In this document: in pieces, positions 37,690 through 48,221 of the stretch
Position numbering within the stretch: the first letter of the stretch is position 1
Layout of the letters: the number at the start of each line of letters is the position of its first letter
NCBI GenBank assembly: GCA_963666985.2
Contig: CAXXIA010000002.1
Coordinates: forward strand, 2,080,001 to 2,144,000
DNA length: 64,000 nt
Direction: 5' to 3'
Origin: Spirochaetia bacterium
GTDB lineage: Bacteria; Spirochaetota; Spirochaetia; DSM-2461
The notes under the pieces: model-generated
Databases searched by the model: none
What the model saw: only the letters and a program-made list of their open reading frames with translations
Told to the model about the DNA's origin: nothing
Program-made: the position numbers and the translations under genes

Positions 37690-38078
37690 TGGGCAGCGGT
37701 GAAGCGGCGATGAAACTGGCGTTCTGTACGAAAGTTATGGACGGATCGGAATTGGATGATCGCTTCGGAAGGGCCGCGGCGTTTCGAATTGTCGATTCGA
37801 AGGATGGAAGCGCCGCCCAGACGCTGGAGAATTCTCTGGCCGATGCGGCCGGTTCCGCCGGAATCGGCGCGGTACAGCTTCTTTGCGATAACGGGGTTGA
37901 AGGCATTATCGCTCCCCATCTGGGCCCGAAGGCGGCCGATGCCGCGCGGCGTCTCGGCTTAAAGGTGTGGCATCAGGGTTCCTCACGGACCGTTGAAGCG
38001 GCACTTGAAGAGTGGAAGGCGGGCCGCCTTGAAGAGGCGAAAGAGCCGGAGAAACCGAAAGGTTTGTACCGGGCGTAG
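37686..38078 (+). CDS. NifB/NifX family protein
   Basis: DDRFGRA..F.IVD, GSAGIGAVQ, HLGPKA; start may be ATG 37710. Confidence 0.85.
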   Translation: MMGSGEAAMKLAFCTKVMDGSELDDRFGRAAAFRIVDSKDGSAAQTLENSLADAAGSAGIGAVQLLCDNGVEGIIAPHLGPKAADAARRLGLKVWHQGSSRTVEAALEEWKAGRLEEAKEPEKPKGLYRA

Positions 38079-38220
38079 GATTCCGGTAAGAAATCATCTT
38101 ACGGCGTGAAATCCGGGACGCCGACGGACCATACGGCGCTCTATTAACTCATCTTAATCGATGCGGTATGGTCCGTCGCAAAATGAGCGGCCCTCGGCGG
38201 GATAAGAACCTGGAGAATCT

Positions 38221-39198
38221 ATGCGAATTACTGTTGTCAGCGGGAAGGGCGGCGCGGGAAAAACCACCGTAGCGACGCGGCTTTTCCGCGCCGTTCCCGG
38301 TTCGGTGCTGCTGGACTGCGACGTTGAAGAACCCAATGCCGCTTTGTTTCTGAATCCGTACGGTCTTGAAGAAACAACCGTTACGGCGCAATACCCGGTT
38401 ATTGATGAAGAGATTTGCACCCATTGCGGAGCTTGCGCGTCGTTTTGCGCTTTCGGCGCTCTTTTAAACGCCAAAAGCATGACCATCGTGATGGCCGAAC
38501 GGTGCCACGACTGCGGGGGCTGTGCTTTGGTTTGCCCCGTATCGGCCGTAAGCTTCGCCCAAAGACCGTTGGGGAAGATTGTGAAGGGACGGACAAACAG
38601 CGGTGTGTTCGCTTACGGAGAGCTGAATGTCGGCGAGTTTTCCGGCGTGAAGCTTATTAAAGAGCTGAAATCATCGGTTGGAAGCGGAGCGCGGGGCGGC
38701 GTTACGGTCTGGATGGACGGACCGCCGGGAACCGGATGCGCCGCCGCCGAAACGGTCGAAGATTCGGATTACGTGGTCCTTGTAACCGAACCCACGCCTT
38801 TCGGAGCTTCGGATATGGCGATGGCGGCCGAAATGCTCTTCGATTTGGACATTCCGTTCGGCGTGGCCGTTAACAAAGATGACGGCGGGAAGAGCGAGGT
38901 GGATGCGTTTTGCCGGGAGAAGGGCATCCCGATTTTGGGTCGCATTCCTTTTGACCGGGGATTGGCCGAATCTTCGGCCCTCGGGCGTTTGGAATGGGGG
39001 TGCCCCGAGCGGGACAGGCCTTTTTTGGAACTGACCGAGGCCGTTCTTAATGAGGCGAAAAAAGCGGCGGGAAAGGCTGTGGGCGGCCGTGTTCTGAACG
39101 GTGCGGCAGGCCGGGCGGCGTCCGGAAAACCGAAGAACGGCGGCAAACCCCGGTTCGCGCCGAAGCATAATCGAAAAAATCCGGAGAGCATGCAATGA
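38221..39198 (+). CDS. MinD-superfamily P-loop ATPase with 2x[4Fe-4S] insert
   Basis: SGKGGAGKTT, DCDVEEPN, CTHCGACASFC, CHDCGGCALVCP, DGPPGTGC, VTEPTPFG. Confidence 0.9.
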   Translation: MRITVVSGKGGAGKTTVATRLFRAVPGSVLLDCDVEEPNAALFLNPYGLEETTVTAQYPVIDEEICTHCGACASFCAFGALLNAKSMTIVMAERCHDCGGCALVCPVSAVSFAQRPLGKIVKGRTNSGVFAYGELNVGEFSGVKLIKELKSSVGSGARGGVTVWMDGPPGTGCAAAETVEDSDYVVLVTEPTPFGASDMAMAAEMLFDLDIPFGVAVNKDDGGKSEVDAFCREKGIPILGRIPFDRGLAESSALGRLEWGCPERDRPFLELTEAVLNEAKKAAGKAVGGRVLNGAAGRAASGKPKNGGKPRFAPKHNRKNPESMQ

Positions 39199-40172
39199 AG
39201 GAATTCGTTGTGATCTCCGGAAAGGGCGGAACCGGCAAAACCACCTTTACCGCTTCCCTGGCACCTTTCTTCGGCGATGCGGTTTTGGCGGATTGCGATG
39301 TGGACGCACCCAATCTGCGAATCCTTCTGAACCCGCGGGAGGAAGTCTCCGAAGACTTCGTGGGCATGAAGAAGGCTTTCATCGATACGAACCTCTGCGA
39401 CGGCTGCGGGATTTGCGTTGAACACTGCCGGTTCGGCGCGCTTTCTCTGACTTCCTCCGATTCGAAGGGCGGAGTTCCGGCGCAGGGGGCGGCGGCACTG
39501 CCGGGAACAGCGGTGCAAAGATTTAATGCGAAAGAACTGCAGTCGCGGAAAGGTGAAGAACAAGGATTGAAAGCGAAACTTCGTTCTTCCGCCTGCGAGG
39601 GCTGCGGCGTCTGTTCTTATGTCTGTCCCCGGAAAGCGATTGTTCGGTCCGACGCCGTGGTGGGATTTTTATCCCGCGGCATTACCCCTTACGGCCCCAT
39701 GGTCGGAGCACGGCTGATTCCGGGAGAGGAAACTTCCGGAAAACTCGTTACCGCGGTTCGCAAAACGGCCCGTGAGATTGCCGAAGAAAACGGGGCGCGG
39801 AATATCCTTGTCGACGGATCGCCGGGAATCGGATGCAGTGTTATTTCCTCACTGACCAATGCCGATTGCGCCATTATCGTCGTTGAACCGTCCGTTTCCG
39901 CTTTTCACGATTTGAAGCGGCTTCATGAACTGATTGAACGCTTCCGTATTCCCATGACCGTCGTGGTGAACCGCTGTGATATTTCGGAGTCTATGACCCG
40001 CGAAATTGAACATTTCTGCCGTGAACGGAAGGTGCCCGTCGGCATGAAACTCCCCTTTTCCCGAGATATCACCCGGGCCGTATCCGAGCGTCTCATCCCG
40101 TCTCTGGCTCTGCCGGATTTTTTCCGAGAACACGGATTCGAGGATTTTGTGGCGAATCTGATTGAAGAGTAA
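39195..40172 (+). CDS. MinD-superfamily P-loop ATPase with 2x[4Fe-4S] insert
   Basis: SGKGGTGKTT, DCDVDAPN, CDGCGICVEHC, CEGCGVCSYVCP, SGKLV, DGSPGIGC. Confidence 0.9.
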   Translation: MKEFVVISGKGGTGKTTFTASLAPFFGDAVLADCDVDAPNLRILLNPREEVSEDFVGMKKAFIDTNLCDGCGICVEHCRFGALSLTSSDSKGGVPAQGAAALPGTAVQRFNAKELQSRKGEEQGLKAKLRSSACEGCGVCSYVCPRKAIVRSDAVVGFLSRGITPYGPMVGARLIPGEETSGKLVTAVRKTAREIAEENGARNILVDGSPGIGCSVISSLTNADCAIIVVEPSVSAFHDLKRLHELIERFRIPMTVVVNRCDISESMTREIEHFCRERKVPVGMKLPFSRDITRAVSERLIPSLALPDFFREHGFEDFVANLIEE

Positions 40173-40330
40173 TCTCCAAGGGCGTTTCGGAAGAACGCGG
40201 GCGGCGCTTTTTCCACAACCGTGATTTTTCTCTCCCCACTTATTCGAATGCTGAATCGTAACGTTCGGCAGGATTTTGCAATTTGCATTGGAATGAATTG
40301 TACAAGCTTGTATAATAGAGGGAAGAAACA

Positions 40331-41125
40331 ATGAATGATGACAAAGGTTTAAAGCGGCGGTATTTCATTCGGAACGGCGTGATTTTGTATCTTTGCTGGC
40401 TCGCGATGCTGGTTACGGCCAATACGCTGATGCGGGAAGCGGAAACATCCGCGCTCGGCGGTGTTCTGTACTATCTCGGAGTTATTCTTATCGGAATTGT
40501 TCTGCCGGCGCATTCCTGCTTGAAATTGGGGATTTCGATTCCCATTCTGCCGGAATGGAAAAGTCCCGTGTTTTGGATGACGACGGCCGTATTCTTCGCG
40601 GGCATGGTTTTTCTCGGAATCCAGGCCATGGCCGATTTCGGATTGGGATGGGCCGATGTGCTTCGGGGGTCGTTATGGCATGTCCTTTCAACGGCCTTGA
40701 TTCTGCTGAATACGATGATCGCCTACACGATGCTTTGGTACGGGTATTTTTACCGGGGTATTCTGGAATTTTGGGGCGGGGGGGCGAGGAGCCGGATTGC
40801 GGCCATTTTTGTTTCCGCTTTTCTTTACGGGGCCTACCATACGACTTCTCTGATTGACGAATACGCGTCGGCAGGGCAAATGTTCGGCGAAATCGGGATT
40901 ACATTTCTTATCGGTATTTTTATCGGCGTCTATCTGATTTTCGGGAAAGCTTTGCTTCCGGTGGCGCTGGGCTTCTGGATAATCAATATTTTCGTGTTTT
41001 ACGGGGACGGGAATTTCCAGGCCGGTGTTCTGGAGTCGTTCCGGGGACCGCTGATTCTGGTTGTTTCCATCGGTTCTCTGCTTCTTGCCGTAAAGCCCTC
41101 GGAGAGGTGGAGGAAGACCGGTTAA
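40331..41125 (+). CDS. Multi-pass membrane protein, CPBP (CAAX protease)-like
   Basis: About 8 TM segments, AIFVSAFLYGAYH motif; EExxxR motif not found. Confidence 0.5.
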   Translation: MNDDKGLKRRYFIRNGVILYLCWLAMLVTANTLMREAETSALGGVLYYLGVILIGIVLPAHSCLKLGISIPILPEWKSPVFWMTTAVFFAGMVFLGIQAMADFGLGWADVLRGSLWHVLSTALILLNTMIAYTMLWYGYFYRGILEFWGGGARSRIAAIFVSAFLYGAYHTTSLIDEYASAGQMFGEIGITFLIGIFIGVYLIFGKALLPVALGFWIINIFVFYGDGNFQAGVLESFRGPLILVVSIGSLLLAVKPSERWRKTG

Positions 41126-41293
41126 GTCTGGCCTGATTCGCGATTTATTGCCGCCGCGGACGGCGGCGGCCGTTCCGAATTCTTATGACTCTTCGCCGGA
41201 ATGACTCCGAATTCACCGCTTATTCAAAACGAACCGGCCGGAGCAGCGGATTTGTTTCGGAATATATACTTGACAGTCTATCTATGATTCTCA

Positions 41294-43291
41294 ATGCTGG
41301 AGCGAAGGAGAATCTGTATGCTTCCATCTGTAATTCTTTTTGCCGTAGCTATTTGTGAGTTAATATTTATTATTGTAATAAAAATTGGATTCGGAAAGAA
41401 AGAACGAAGACGCCTTACGATATTGCAGCGGCTCATCAATAATGAGGCTATTGATGAAAACATATTGGAAAATGATTCTCTTCTTCTTCCTTATCTCCGG
41501 ATAATGCAGAAAAAACGGGATTTTGATCGGAAGCTTCAAAATGAAATCAATGCGGCCGAACGGGCCGGCACGCATCTTTCCAGAAACATACAAAAGGCTC
41601 TGATAACATCCACCGATATCAGCAATCAGTCCGCGAAAAACCTGACCATAGCCCAAACTCTCAGAGATAATGTTACCAGCGGATCTTCGGCAATTGAAGA
41701 AATCAATGCTTCTCTTGAGTCTCTCAGCAAACAAACCATGAATCAGCTTTCCGCCGTGGAAACAACATCCGACAGCATGGATCAGATTGATTCGGCGCTC
41801 CGGGAAGTTTCTCAGATCGTGTCGGGCCGAATCGCGGATGCGGATTCCCTGGTGCAAGTGACACACACCGGTAACGACAGAATTACGGAAACCGACAAAA
41901 TCATTCGGGAAACAACGGAAAAAGTTCAAGATGTTACCGGCCTTATTTCCGTAATCAACTCTATCGCATCGAAAACAAATCTGCTTGCCATGAATGCGGC
42001 CATCGAAGCCGCACACGCAGGCGATGCGGGAAGGGGTTTTGCCGTTGTTGCCGAAGAAATCAGGAACCTTGCAACCTCAACCTCGGGAAATGCCCGGATT
42101 ATCGCCGATACCTTGAAGGAATTGGTCGATCAAATTAATAAGGCCGCCGAGAGCAGCCAAGCCGGCGGGCAAGCCTTTCGGGAAATCGACGGCGGCGTTC
42201 ACGCTCTTACCGAATCATTAAAACACATCAATTCCCTCAGTTCTTCGATTTCGGAACAGTCCGGCCAGGTTGCCGATTCCGCCAAGTCTTTAAAGGAAAT
42301 TACAGCCACAACGGCGGAAAGCATGCAGGAAATGACTCTTGGTTCCAAGGAAATACAGGATATATTGACTTCGTCCTTATCCGTTGCCGATACACTGGAT
42401 TCCCGCATGCAGCATCTTACCGGTCAGGCTCAGGCGGTTAATCTGCTTTCGTCGAAAATTACACAGTCTTTTATCCGTTCCAACGAATCTCTGGAAAACC
42501 TTTCCAAAGCCGTCTTGGATAATCGTGATGAATCGTCCCGGAAAACCATCGACAGAATTGATTTGTCCAATGGGATTTTGTCTCATTTAAATACAATATC
42601 ACTGCTCCGCAGTGTTGTTGACGACCGTATTTCTCCGGACGAAGTGATGATTTCAGAAGACCGGGAAAGCAATATTGGGAATTGGCTGAAAGTATACGGA
42701 AAAGAAAGAATCTCGGATAACGGGAAATATAATCATATTCTGGAAGTGTATCGGGAATTCCAAAAGAATGCGGAAAGTCTCCTGGACGCTAAGAAAGCGG
42801 GCCGTTTGGAGAACATCCCTTCCCTCTTCGAGAGTCTGACTGAAGAATCCGACAAGGTGATTGAGATTCTCACGACCGTCGGATTTAATGATTTTATTGC
42901 ATGGAACGCTTCTTTATCGGTTGGTGTAGATAAATTTGACGCCCACCATCGGAAGTTGATCGGATTGATCAACAAGCTGTACCTGAACATGGAAGAAGGT
43001 GCCGGAGTCGACGTGCTCAAGGAAACCCTTTCGGAGCTGGTATCATACACCGATTACCATTTTTCCGCGGAAGAAGAAGCTTTTGCCCAATTCGGATATC
43101 CGCAAACGGAAAGTCATATTGAACAGCATCACAAATTGCTGAAAACGGCGGGAGAATTGAAAAAGGATCTGGATTCCGGACGTTCCGTGCTGACGAATGA
43201 AGTATTGGACTTCCTTCAGGACTGGGTGACCAATCATATTCTGAAGTGTGATACGCAGTATTCGGAGTTCTTCCGGGGAAAAGTTCAATAA
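41294..43291 (+). CDS. Methyl-accepting chemotaxis protein with C-terminal bacteriohemerythrin
   Basis: [16 protein letters not shown] hairpin; W...[32 protein letters not shown]. Confidence 0.9.
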   Translation: MLERRRICMLPSVILFAVAICELIFIIVIKIGFGKKERRRLTILQRLINNEAIDENILENDSLLLPYLRIMQKKRDFDRKLQNEINAAERAGTHLSRNIQKALITSTDISNQSAKNLTIAQTLRDNVTSGSSAIEEINASLESLSKQTMNQLSAVETTSDSMDQIDSALREVSQIVSGRIADADSLVQVTHTGNDRITETDKIIRETTEKVQDVTGLISVINSIASKTNLLAMNAAIEAAHAGDAGRGFAVVAEEIRNLATSTSGNARIIADTLKELVDQINKAAESSQAGGQAFREIDGGVHALTESLKHINSLSSSISEQSGQVADSAKSLKEITATTAESMQEMTLGSKEIQDILTSSLSVADTLDSRMQHLTGQAQAVNLLSSKITQSFIRSNESLENLSKAVLDNRDESSRKTIDRIDLSNGILSHLNTISLLRSVVDDRISPDEVMISEDRESNIGNWLKVYGKERISDNGKYNHILEVYREFQKNAESLLDAKKAGRLENIPSLFESLTEESDKVIEILTTVGFNDFIAWNASLSVGVDKFDAHHRKLIGLINKLYLNMEEGAGVDVLKETLSELVSYTDYHFSAEEEAFAQFGYPQTESHIEQHHKLLKTAGELKKDLDSGRSVLTNEVLDFLQDWVTNHILKCDTQYSEFFRGKVQ

Positions 43292-43411
43292 TTACGAAAT
43301 AGCTTCCATCCGATAGCCGAAATTCCTCGGGACTCGCTTTAGCAGGGCTTTGGATGAAAAATCGCTGATTTTTGAAATCACCTTGCTTGAAAAACGTGAA
43401 TGTGTTATTAG

Positions 43412-43433
43412 TTAGTCGGCTAAATATTAGCCG
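43412..43433. promoter_or_regulatory. Putative MarR operator
   Basis: TTAGTCGGCTAA overlapping inverted repeat CGGCTAA-ata-TTAGCCG just upstream of marR. Confidence 0.5.
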
Positions 43434-43452
43434 GACAAGAAAAGAGGCGGTT

Positions 43453-43899
43453 GTGTCGTTCGATAACGAAGAGAAAGAAATCAGCATTGAGTCTCTGATC
43501 GGAGACATTTGCCGATACCATCACGGACAGCATCGGGAGGCTTTTCATTCCCTGGGGCTTCATCATGGGCAGCATCGGCTGCTGTTCCAATTGTGGAAGC
43601 ATGAAGGACTTACGCAAAGCGAGCTGGCGGCGAAGATGGAAATCCAGCCCGCCACGCTTACACGGATGGTTCAGAGAATGGAACGTGCCGGTTTTCTAAG
43701 CCGCAGGGCCGATGAACATGATGAACGGATTTCCCGGGTTTATCTAACCGAGCGGGCTCGCCGGATTAAAACCGAAGTGAAGGATCGGAGAATTCGTCTC
43801 AGTGAACGGGCCGTGAAGGATTTCAGTCCCGAAGAGAAGGAAATCCTGACGAATCTTCTTATTCGGCTGCGGGAGAATATGATTGGAAAGGATCGCTGA
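43453..43899 (+). CDS. MarR family regulator
   Basis: GLTQSELA..MEIQPATLTRMVQRME..G...R..D..DERI.RVYLT; GTG 43453. Confidence 0.92.
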   Translation: MSFDNEEKEISIESLIGDICRYHHGQHREAFHSLGLHHGQHRLLFQLWKHEGLTQSELAAKMEIQPATLTRMVQRMERAGFLSRRADEHDERISRVYLTERARRIKTEVKDRRIRLSERAVKDFSPEEKEILTNLLIRLRENMIGKDR

Positions 43900-45648
43900 T
43901 TGATGAAATCCATTTTGCGTCTGATGCGCTATTTGAAGCCTTATCTGTTCGCGGCCATCGCGGCACCGCTGCTGATGCTCGTTGAAGTCGGCGGGGATTT
44001 GGCGCAGCCTCAGTTTATAAAACAGATTATCGATGCGGGTATTGCCGGCGGAGATCTGAGTTATATTGTCTCCACATCCGTCAAGATGATTATCGTTACC
44101 TTGCTCGGCGCCGCGGGCGGACTCGGAAGCACGTATTTTGCCTCTCACGCGGCTTTGAAGATGGGCGCGGATGTGCGGGGTGCTCTGTTTCGGAAAGTGA
44201 TGAGTCTTTCCTTCGGGAATTTCGACAGACTGAAAACCGGGGGACTGATTACCCGGCTGACCAACGACGTGGTGCAGATTCAGGAATTGGTAATGCTGGT
44301 TCTGCGCAGCATGATCCGTTCTCCCTTCATGCTCTTAGGCAGCATCGTGATGGCCGTTATTACGAGCCTGCGGCTTTCGACGATTCCCGCGGTGGTACTG
44401 CCCGTTCTGGGGTTCTTCATCTATTTCATCATTAAGAAATCCTATCCGGTTTTCCGGAATCTTCAGAACGGTGTTGACGAGGTTAATACGGTTATTCAGG
44501 AAAATCTGGCCGGGGTGCGGGTTGTAAAGGCTTTCGTTCGTTCCGATTACGAAGAAGGGCGTTTCGATGAGGTGAACGGCAATCTTATGAACCGTTCCAT
44601 AACGGCGATGAGATTGATTGCGGCCTTGATGCCGATAACGATGCTGGTTGTGAATCTGGGAATTGTGGCGATTATCCTTTACGGAGGCATCGGCGCGACC
44701 GAAGGAATGGTGAGTGTCGGAAGTCTGGTGGCCTTTGTGAATTATCTGATTCGGAGCCGCATGGCCGTGGCGATGACGGCCATGCTCCTTACACGGCTTT
44801 CGCGGGCCATGGCTTCCGCCGAACGGGTGGAAGAAGTTTTGAATGAAGCGGCTGAAATCCGGCCGCCCGAGAACCCCGAGAGACCGGATCGGCTTCGGGG
44901 AGAGATTTGTTTCGAGAATGTTTCCTTCAGCTATGGGGGGAACGGCGGAGATGCGATTTTGAAGGATGTTTCCTTTCGGATCGCACCGGGAGAAACCGTT
45001 GCCGTTCTCGGTCCTACCGGGAGCGGAAAGACGAGTCTTATTAACCTGATTCCCCGTTATTACGATGTGGATTCGGGGCGGATAACCCTGGACGGTTCCG
45101 ATGTTAGAAATCTGGATATACGGATGCTGAGGAGCCGTGTTATGACGGCGCTCCAGAATCCTGTTCTTTTCAGCGGCAGCATCGCCGAGAACATCAAGTA
45201 CGGAAAGCCGGATGCCTCGGGCAAAGATATGGAGGAATGCGCCGCCGATGCCCAAGCCGCGGATTTTATTCGGGAAACGGCCGACACTTATGAAAGTCTT
45301 ATCGGTCAGAGGGGCGTGAATCTCAGCGGGGGGCAGAAACAGCGGGTGGCCATCGCCCGAGCTCTTCTGCCGAATCCCGATATTTTGATTCTTGACGACT
45401 GCACGAGTGCGGTTGATGTTCGTACCGAAGGGAATATTCAGGATGCTCTTGAGAAAAGGCGAAAAGGGAAGACCACCATCATCGTGGCCCAGCGCATCAG
45501 CACCGTTCTTCTGGCCGACCGAATCTTGGTTTTGGAGGACGGAAGACTCAGCGCCGAGGGCAGTCACGAAGAACTGATGGCTTCAAGCGATCTCTACAGG
45601 GATATTTTCCGCAGTCAATTGGGAGAAGAGGAGACCGGCAATGGCTGA
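43900..45648 (+). CDS. Heterodimeric ABC exporter subunit (degenerate Walker B)
   Basis: TM domain + GPTGSGKT, LSGGQKQR, LILDDCTSAVD. Confidence 0.93.
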   Translation: MMKSILRLMRYLKPYLFAAIAAPLLMLVEVGGDLAQPQFIKQIIDAGIAGGDLSYIVSTSVKMIIVTLLGAAGGLGSTYFASHAALKMGADVRGALFRKVMSLSFGNFDRLKTGGLITRLTNDVVQIQELVMLVLRSMIRSPFMLLGSIVMAVITSLRLSTIPAVVLPVLGFFIYFIIKKSYPVFRNLQNGVDEVNTVIQENLAGVRVVKAFVRSDYEEGRFDEVNGNLMNRSITAMRLIAALMPITMLVVNLGIVAIILYGGIGATEGMVSVGSLVAFVNYLIRSRMAVAMTAMLLTRLSRAMASAERVEEVLNEAAEIRPPENPERPDRLRGEICFENVSFSYGGNGGDAILKDVSFRIAPGETVAVLGPTGSGKTSLINLIPRYYDVDSGRITLDGSDVRNLDIRMLRSRVMTALQNPVLFSGSIAENIKYGKPDASGKDMEECAADAQAADFIRETADTYESLIGQRGVNLSGGQKQRVAIARALLPNPDILILDDCTSAVDVRTEGNIQDALEKRRKGKTTIIVAQRISTVLLADRILVLEDGRLSAEGSHEELMASSDLYRDIFRSQLGEEETGNG

Positions 45649-47485
45649 TGCTTCGAGACAAAGAACATCTTCTCCGGGCCCCATGCCGGGAATGCACGGA
45701 CCGGGCCGCGGACCGGGCGCGATGATAGGCCGGGGCGTGAAGGCGAAGAACGCCCGCGGCGCCGCTCTGCGCTTATGGGGCTATATCAGTTCCAACCGCA
45801 TCGGACTTTTTTGGGTTATTGTTTCGGTAACGATTTCCACGGGATTGACGGTTTTGGGACCCTACCTCATGGGGCGTGCCATCGATGTTTACATCATGGC
45901 CGGAGACAGGCCCGGTATCGTGAAGGTTTCTCTCATTCTGCTTCTGGTGTATATCGGAGCCTCAATCTTTACCTGGCTTGAGATAATCATCATGGTCGGG
46001 ATTACCCAGCCTGCGCTGAAGAAAATCCGGAGTGAGCTTTTCACTCGTCTTCAGGGGCTCTCACTTCGTTTTTTCGATACGAATCCCCATGGCGATTTGA
46101 TGAGCCGATTCACGAATGACGTGGAGAATATCAGTAATGTGATGACTCAAAGCGTTACCCAGCTTATCTCCAGCGTTCTTACCATCATCGGAACGGCTTC
46201 CATGATGCTGGCGCTGAATCCGAAATTCGCGGCGGTTACACTGGTTATGCTTCCGGTGATGGTCTTCTTTACGAAAATCATCGCCGGAATGTCCAAAAAG
46301 TGGTACCGCCGTCAGCAGAAGAACTTGGGGGAGCTTAACGGGTTTATCGAAGAGTCGATCGGGGGAGCCAAGGTTGTTAAAGCCTACGGCCGCGAAGAAG
46401 ATATGATTTCCCGATTCGAGAAGGTTAACCGCGCTTATCGGGATGCGGGAATACGGGCATCGATTGTCTCGGGTGTTATGGGACCGATGTCCAATGCCGT
46501 TTCGAACGCTTCGTACGCTCTTATCGCTTTTATCGGCGGATATTTGGTTCTGAAGGGACAAACGACGGTCGGTATTGTTGTAACGTTCATCAATTACACC
46601 CGGCAGTTCAGCCATCCGCTGAACATGATCGCCGGTCTCTACACCTCTTTACAGTCGGCTTTGGCCGGCGCCGAACGAGTGTTCCAAACGCTCGATGAAA
46701 AACCGGAAGTTCAGGATAAAGAGAACGCTGTTAATCTTGACGCTCCGCGGGGTCATGTTGTTTTCAAAAACGTCACCTTCTCCTACACCCCCGGCGTCCC
46801 GGTATTGAAAGACGTGAATTTTGAAACCGAAGCGGGACGGACTTTCGCTCTTGTGGGGCCCACCGGCGCCGGGAAAACCACCATCGTCAATCTGCTCACC
46901 CGTTTTTACGATATCGACGAGGGTTCGATTCTGCTCGACGGCCGGGACATTCGGGAGTACACGCAGGATTCCCTCCGCCGGAGATTGGGCATTGTTCTTC
47001 AAGACACCTATCTTTTTTCCGGAACCGTCGCCGACAATATCCGTTACGGCCGATTGGATGCGAGTGATGAGGAAATTCGCCGGGCGGCCGAACTGGCCAA
47101 CGCGCACACGTTTATTCATCGATTCCCCCACGGATACGACACTCTCCTCGGGGAATCCGCGGGGAACTTAAGCGAGGGGCAGCGGCAGCTTTTGGCCATC
47201 GCCCGCGCGGTTTTGGCCGATCCGGCGGTTTTGATTCTCGACGAGGCCACCAGCAGCGTGGATACCCGGACGGAGAAGCACATTCAGGAAGCCATGCTGC
47301 GGCTGATGGAAGGACGGACCAGTTTCGTTATTGCCCACAGACTGAGCACCATCCGGGACGCGGATGAGATTCTCGTTATCGACGGCGGCCGCATCGTCGA
47401 GCGGGGAACCCATGAAAGCCTGCTGGAGCGGGCCGGTTTCTATGCCGAAATGTATCGGAGTCAGTTCCGGGGGATAGCAGGATAA
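45641..47485 (+). CDS. Heterodimeric ABC exporter subunit (consensus Walker B)
   Basis: TM domain + GPTGAGKTT, LSEGQRQ, LILDEATSSVD, IAHRLST. Confidence 0.93.
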   Translation: MADASRQRTSSPGPMPGMHGPGRGPGAMIGRGVKAKNARGAALRLWGYISSNRIGLFWVIVSVTISTGLTVLGPYLMGRAIDVYIMAGDRPGIVKVSLILLLVYIGASIFTWLEIIIMVGITQPALKKIRSELFTRLQGLSLRFFDTNPHGDLMSRFTNDVENISNVMTQSVTQLISSVLTIIGTASMMLALNPKFAAVTLVMLPVMVFFTKIIAGMSKKWYRRQQKNLGELNGFIEESIGGAKVVKAYGREEDMISRFEKVNRAYRDAGIRASIVSGVMGPMSNAVSNASYALIAFIGGYLVLKGQTTVGIVVTFINYTRQFSHPLNMIAGLYTSLQSALAGAERVFQTLDEKPEVQDKENAVNLDAPRGHVVFKNVTFSYTPGVPVLKDVNFETEAGRTFALVGPTGAGKTTIVNLLTRFYDIDEGSILLDGRDIREYTQDSLRRRLGIVLQDTYLFSGTVADNIRYGRLDASDEEIRRAAELANAHTFIHRFPHGYDTLLGESAGNLSEGQRQLLAIARAVLADPAVLILDEATSSVDTRTEKHIQEAMLRLMEGRTSFVIAHRLSTIRDADEILVIDGGRIVERGTHESLLERAGFYAEMYRSQFRGIAG

Positions 47486-47682
47486 CCGCGGAATAGGGGG
47501 ATAAAGGCGGATGCGTTTGGGAAATCCATGCGATTAATCATGCAAGCATAATGCACCTGTTTTAATCTGCATGATTGGCCGCGGCTTATTTTGCTCATGT
47601 TGTAGGCAGTCGATATTCGGATTAATCTACAGAAAAGATGATTCTGTTTTTCAACGGCCATTCCGATTCGTGGAGGTTCAAT

Positions 47683-48186
47683 ATGGAAGGGAAATTGGCT
47701 CGTGAATCCCGAGCGCTTAAGTCCGTAATCATAGGTCCGCCGGATGCCAACAACCTGGGTACCATGTTCGGAGGAAAGGTGCTGGCGTATATAGACGAAA
47801 TCGCCGGACTGTCCGCAATGCGTCATGCCAGAACACCGGTGGTGACGGCCTCCATCGATTCGGTGGATTTCCTTTTTCCCATCAAAATAGGTCAGGCAAT
47901 TTGCCTGAGCGCCTTTGTAACCTGGACCCACAACACCTCCATGGAGGTGTTCGTTAAGGTTGTGGGGGAAGATCTCCGGAGCGGTGAAAAGACGGTCTGT
48001 GCCACGGCCTTCCTGACTCTTGTCGCTCTGGATGATGACGGGAATCAGTTTCAGATTGCGCCTGTTGTTCCGGAAAGCGAATATGAGAAAAAGCTTCATC
48101 AGACGGCTCCGCAGCGGGCGGAACAGCGGAAATACCGCCGCGGTCAGTCAAGAAATATCGCCGATGAGTTCGGTATGATCGAATAG
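47683..48186 (+). CDS. Acyl-CoA thioesterase (hotdog, YciA-like)
   Basis: DANNLGTMFGGKVLAYIDE, VVTASID, TSMEV; ATG 47683 after GGAGG. Confidence 0.9.
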   Translation: MEGKLARESRALKSVIIGPPDANNLGTMFGGKVLAYIDEIAGLSAMRHARTPVVTASIDSVDFLFPIKIGQAICLSAFVTWTHNTSMEVFVKVVGEDLRSGEKTVCATAFLTLVALDDDGNQFQIAPVVPESEYEKKLHQTAPQRAEQRKYRRGQSRNIADEFGMIE

Positions 48187-48221
48187 AACCGGCGGCTTAA
48201 CCTACTTCAAGGGAGAAATCT

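Noticed and set aside
37339..40172. Nitrogen fixation or cell-division (MinD) genes
   Set aside because: Stand-alone NifB/X domains with ferredoxin-ATPases form a common anaerobe operon; no nifHDK or minCE here
44335..45567. 410-aa minus-strand ORF
   Set aside because: Typical antisense frame of an ABC transporter gene
47526..47577. AATCATGCA...TGCATGATT inverted repeat upstream of the thioesterase
   Set aside because: Short arms and a single occurrence; cannot distinguish from chance
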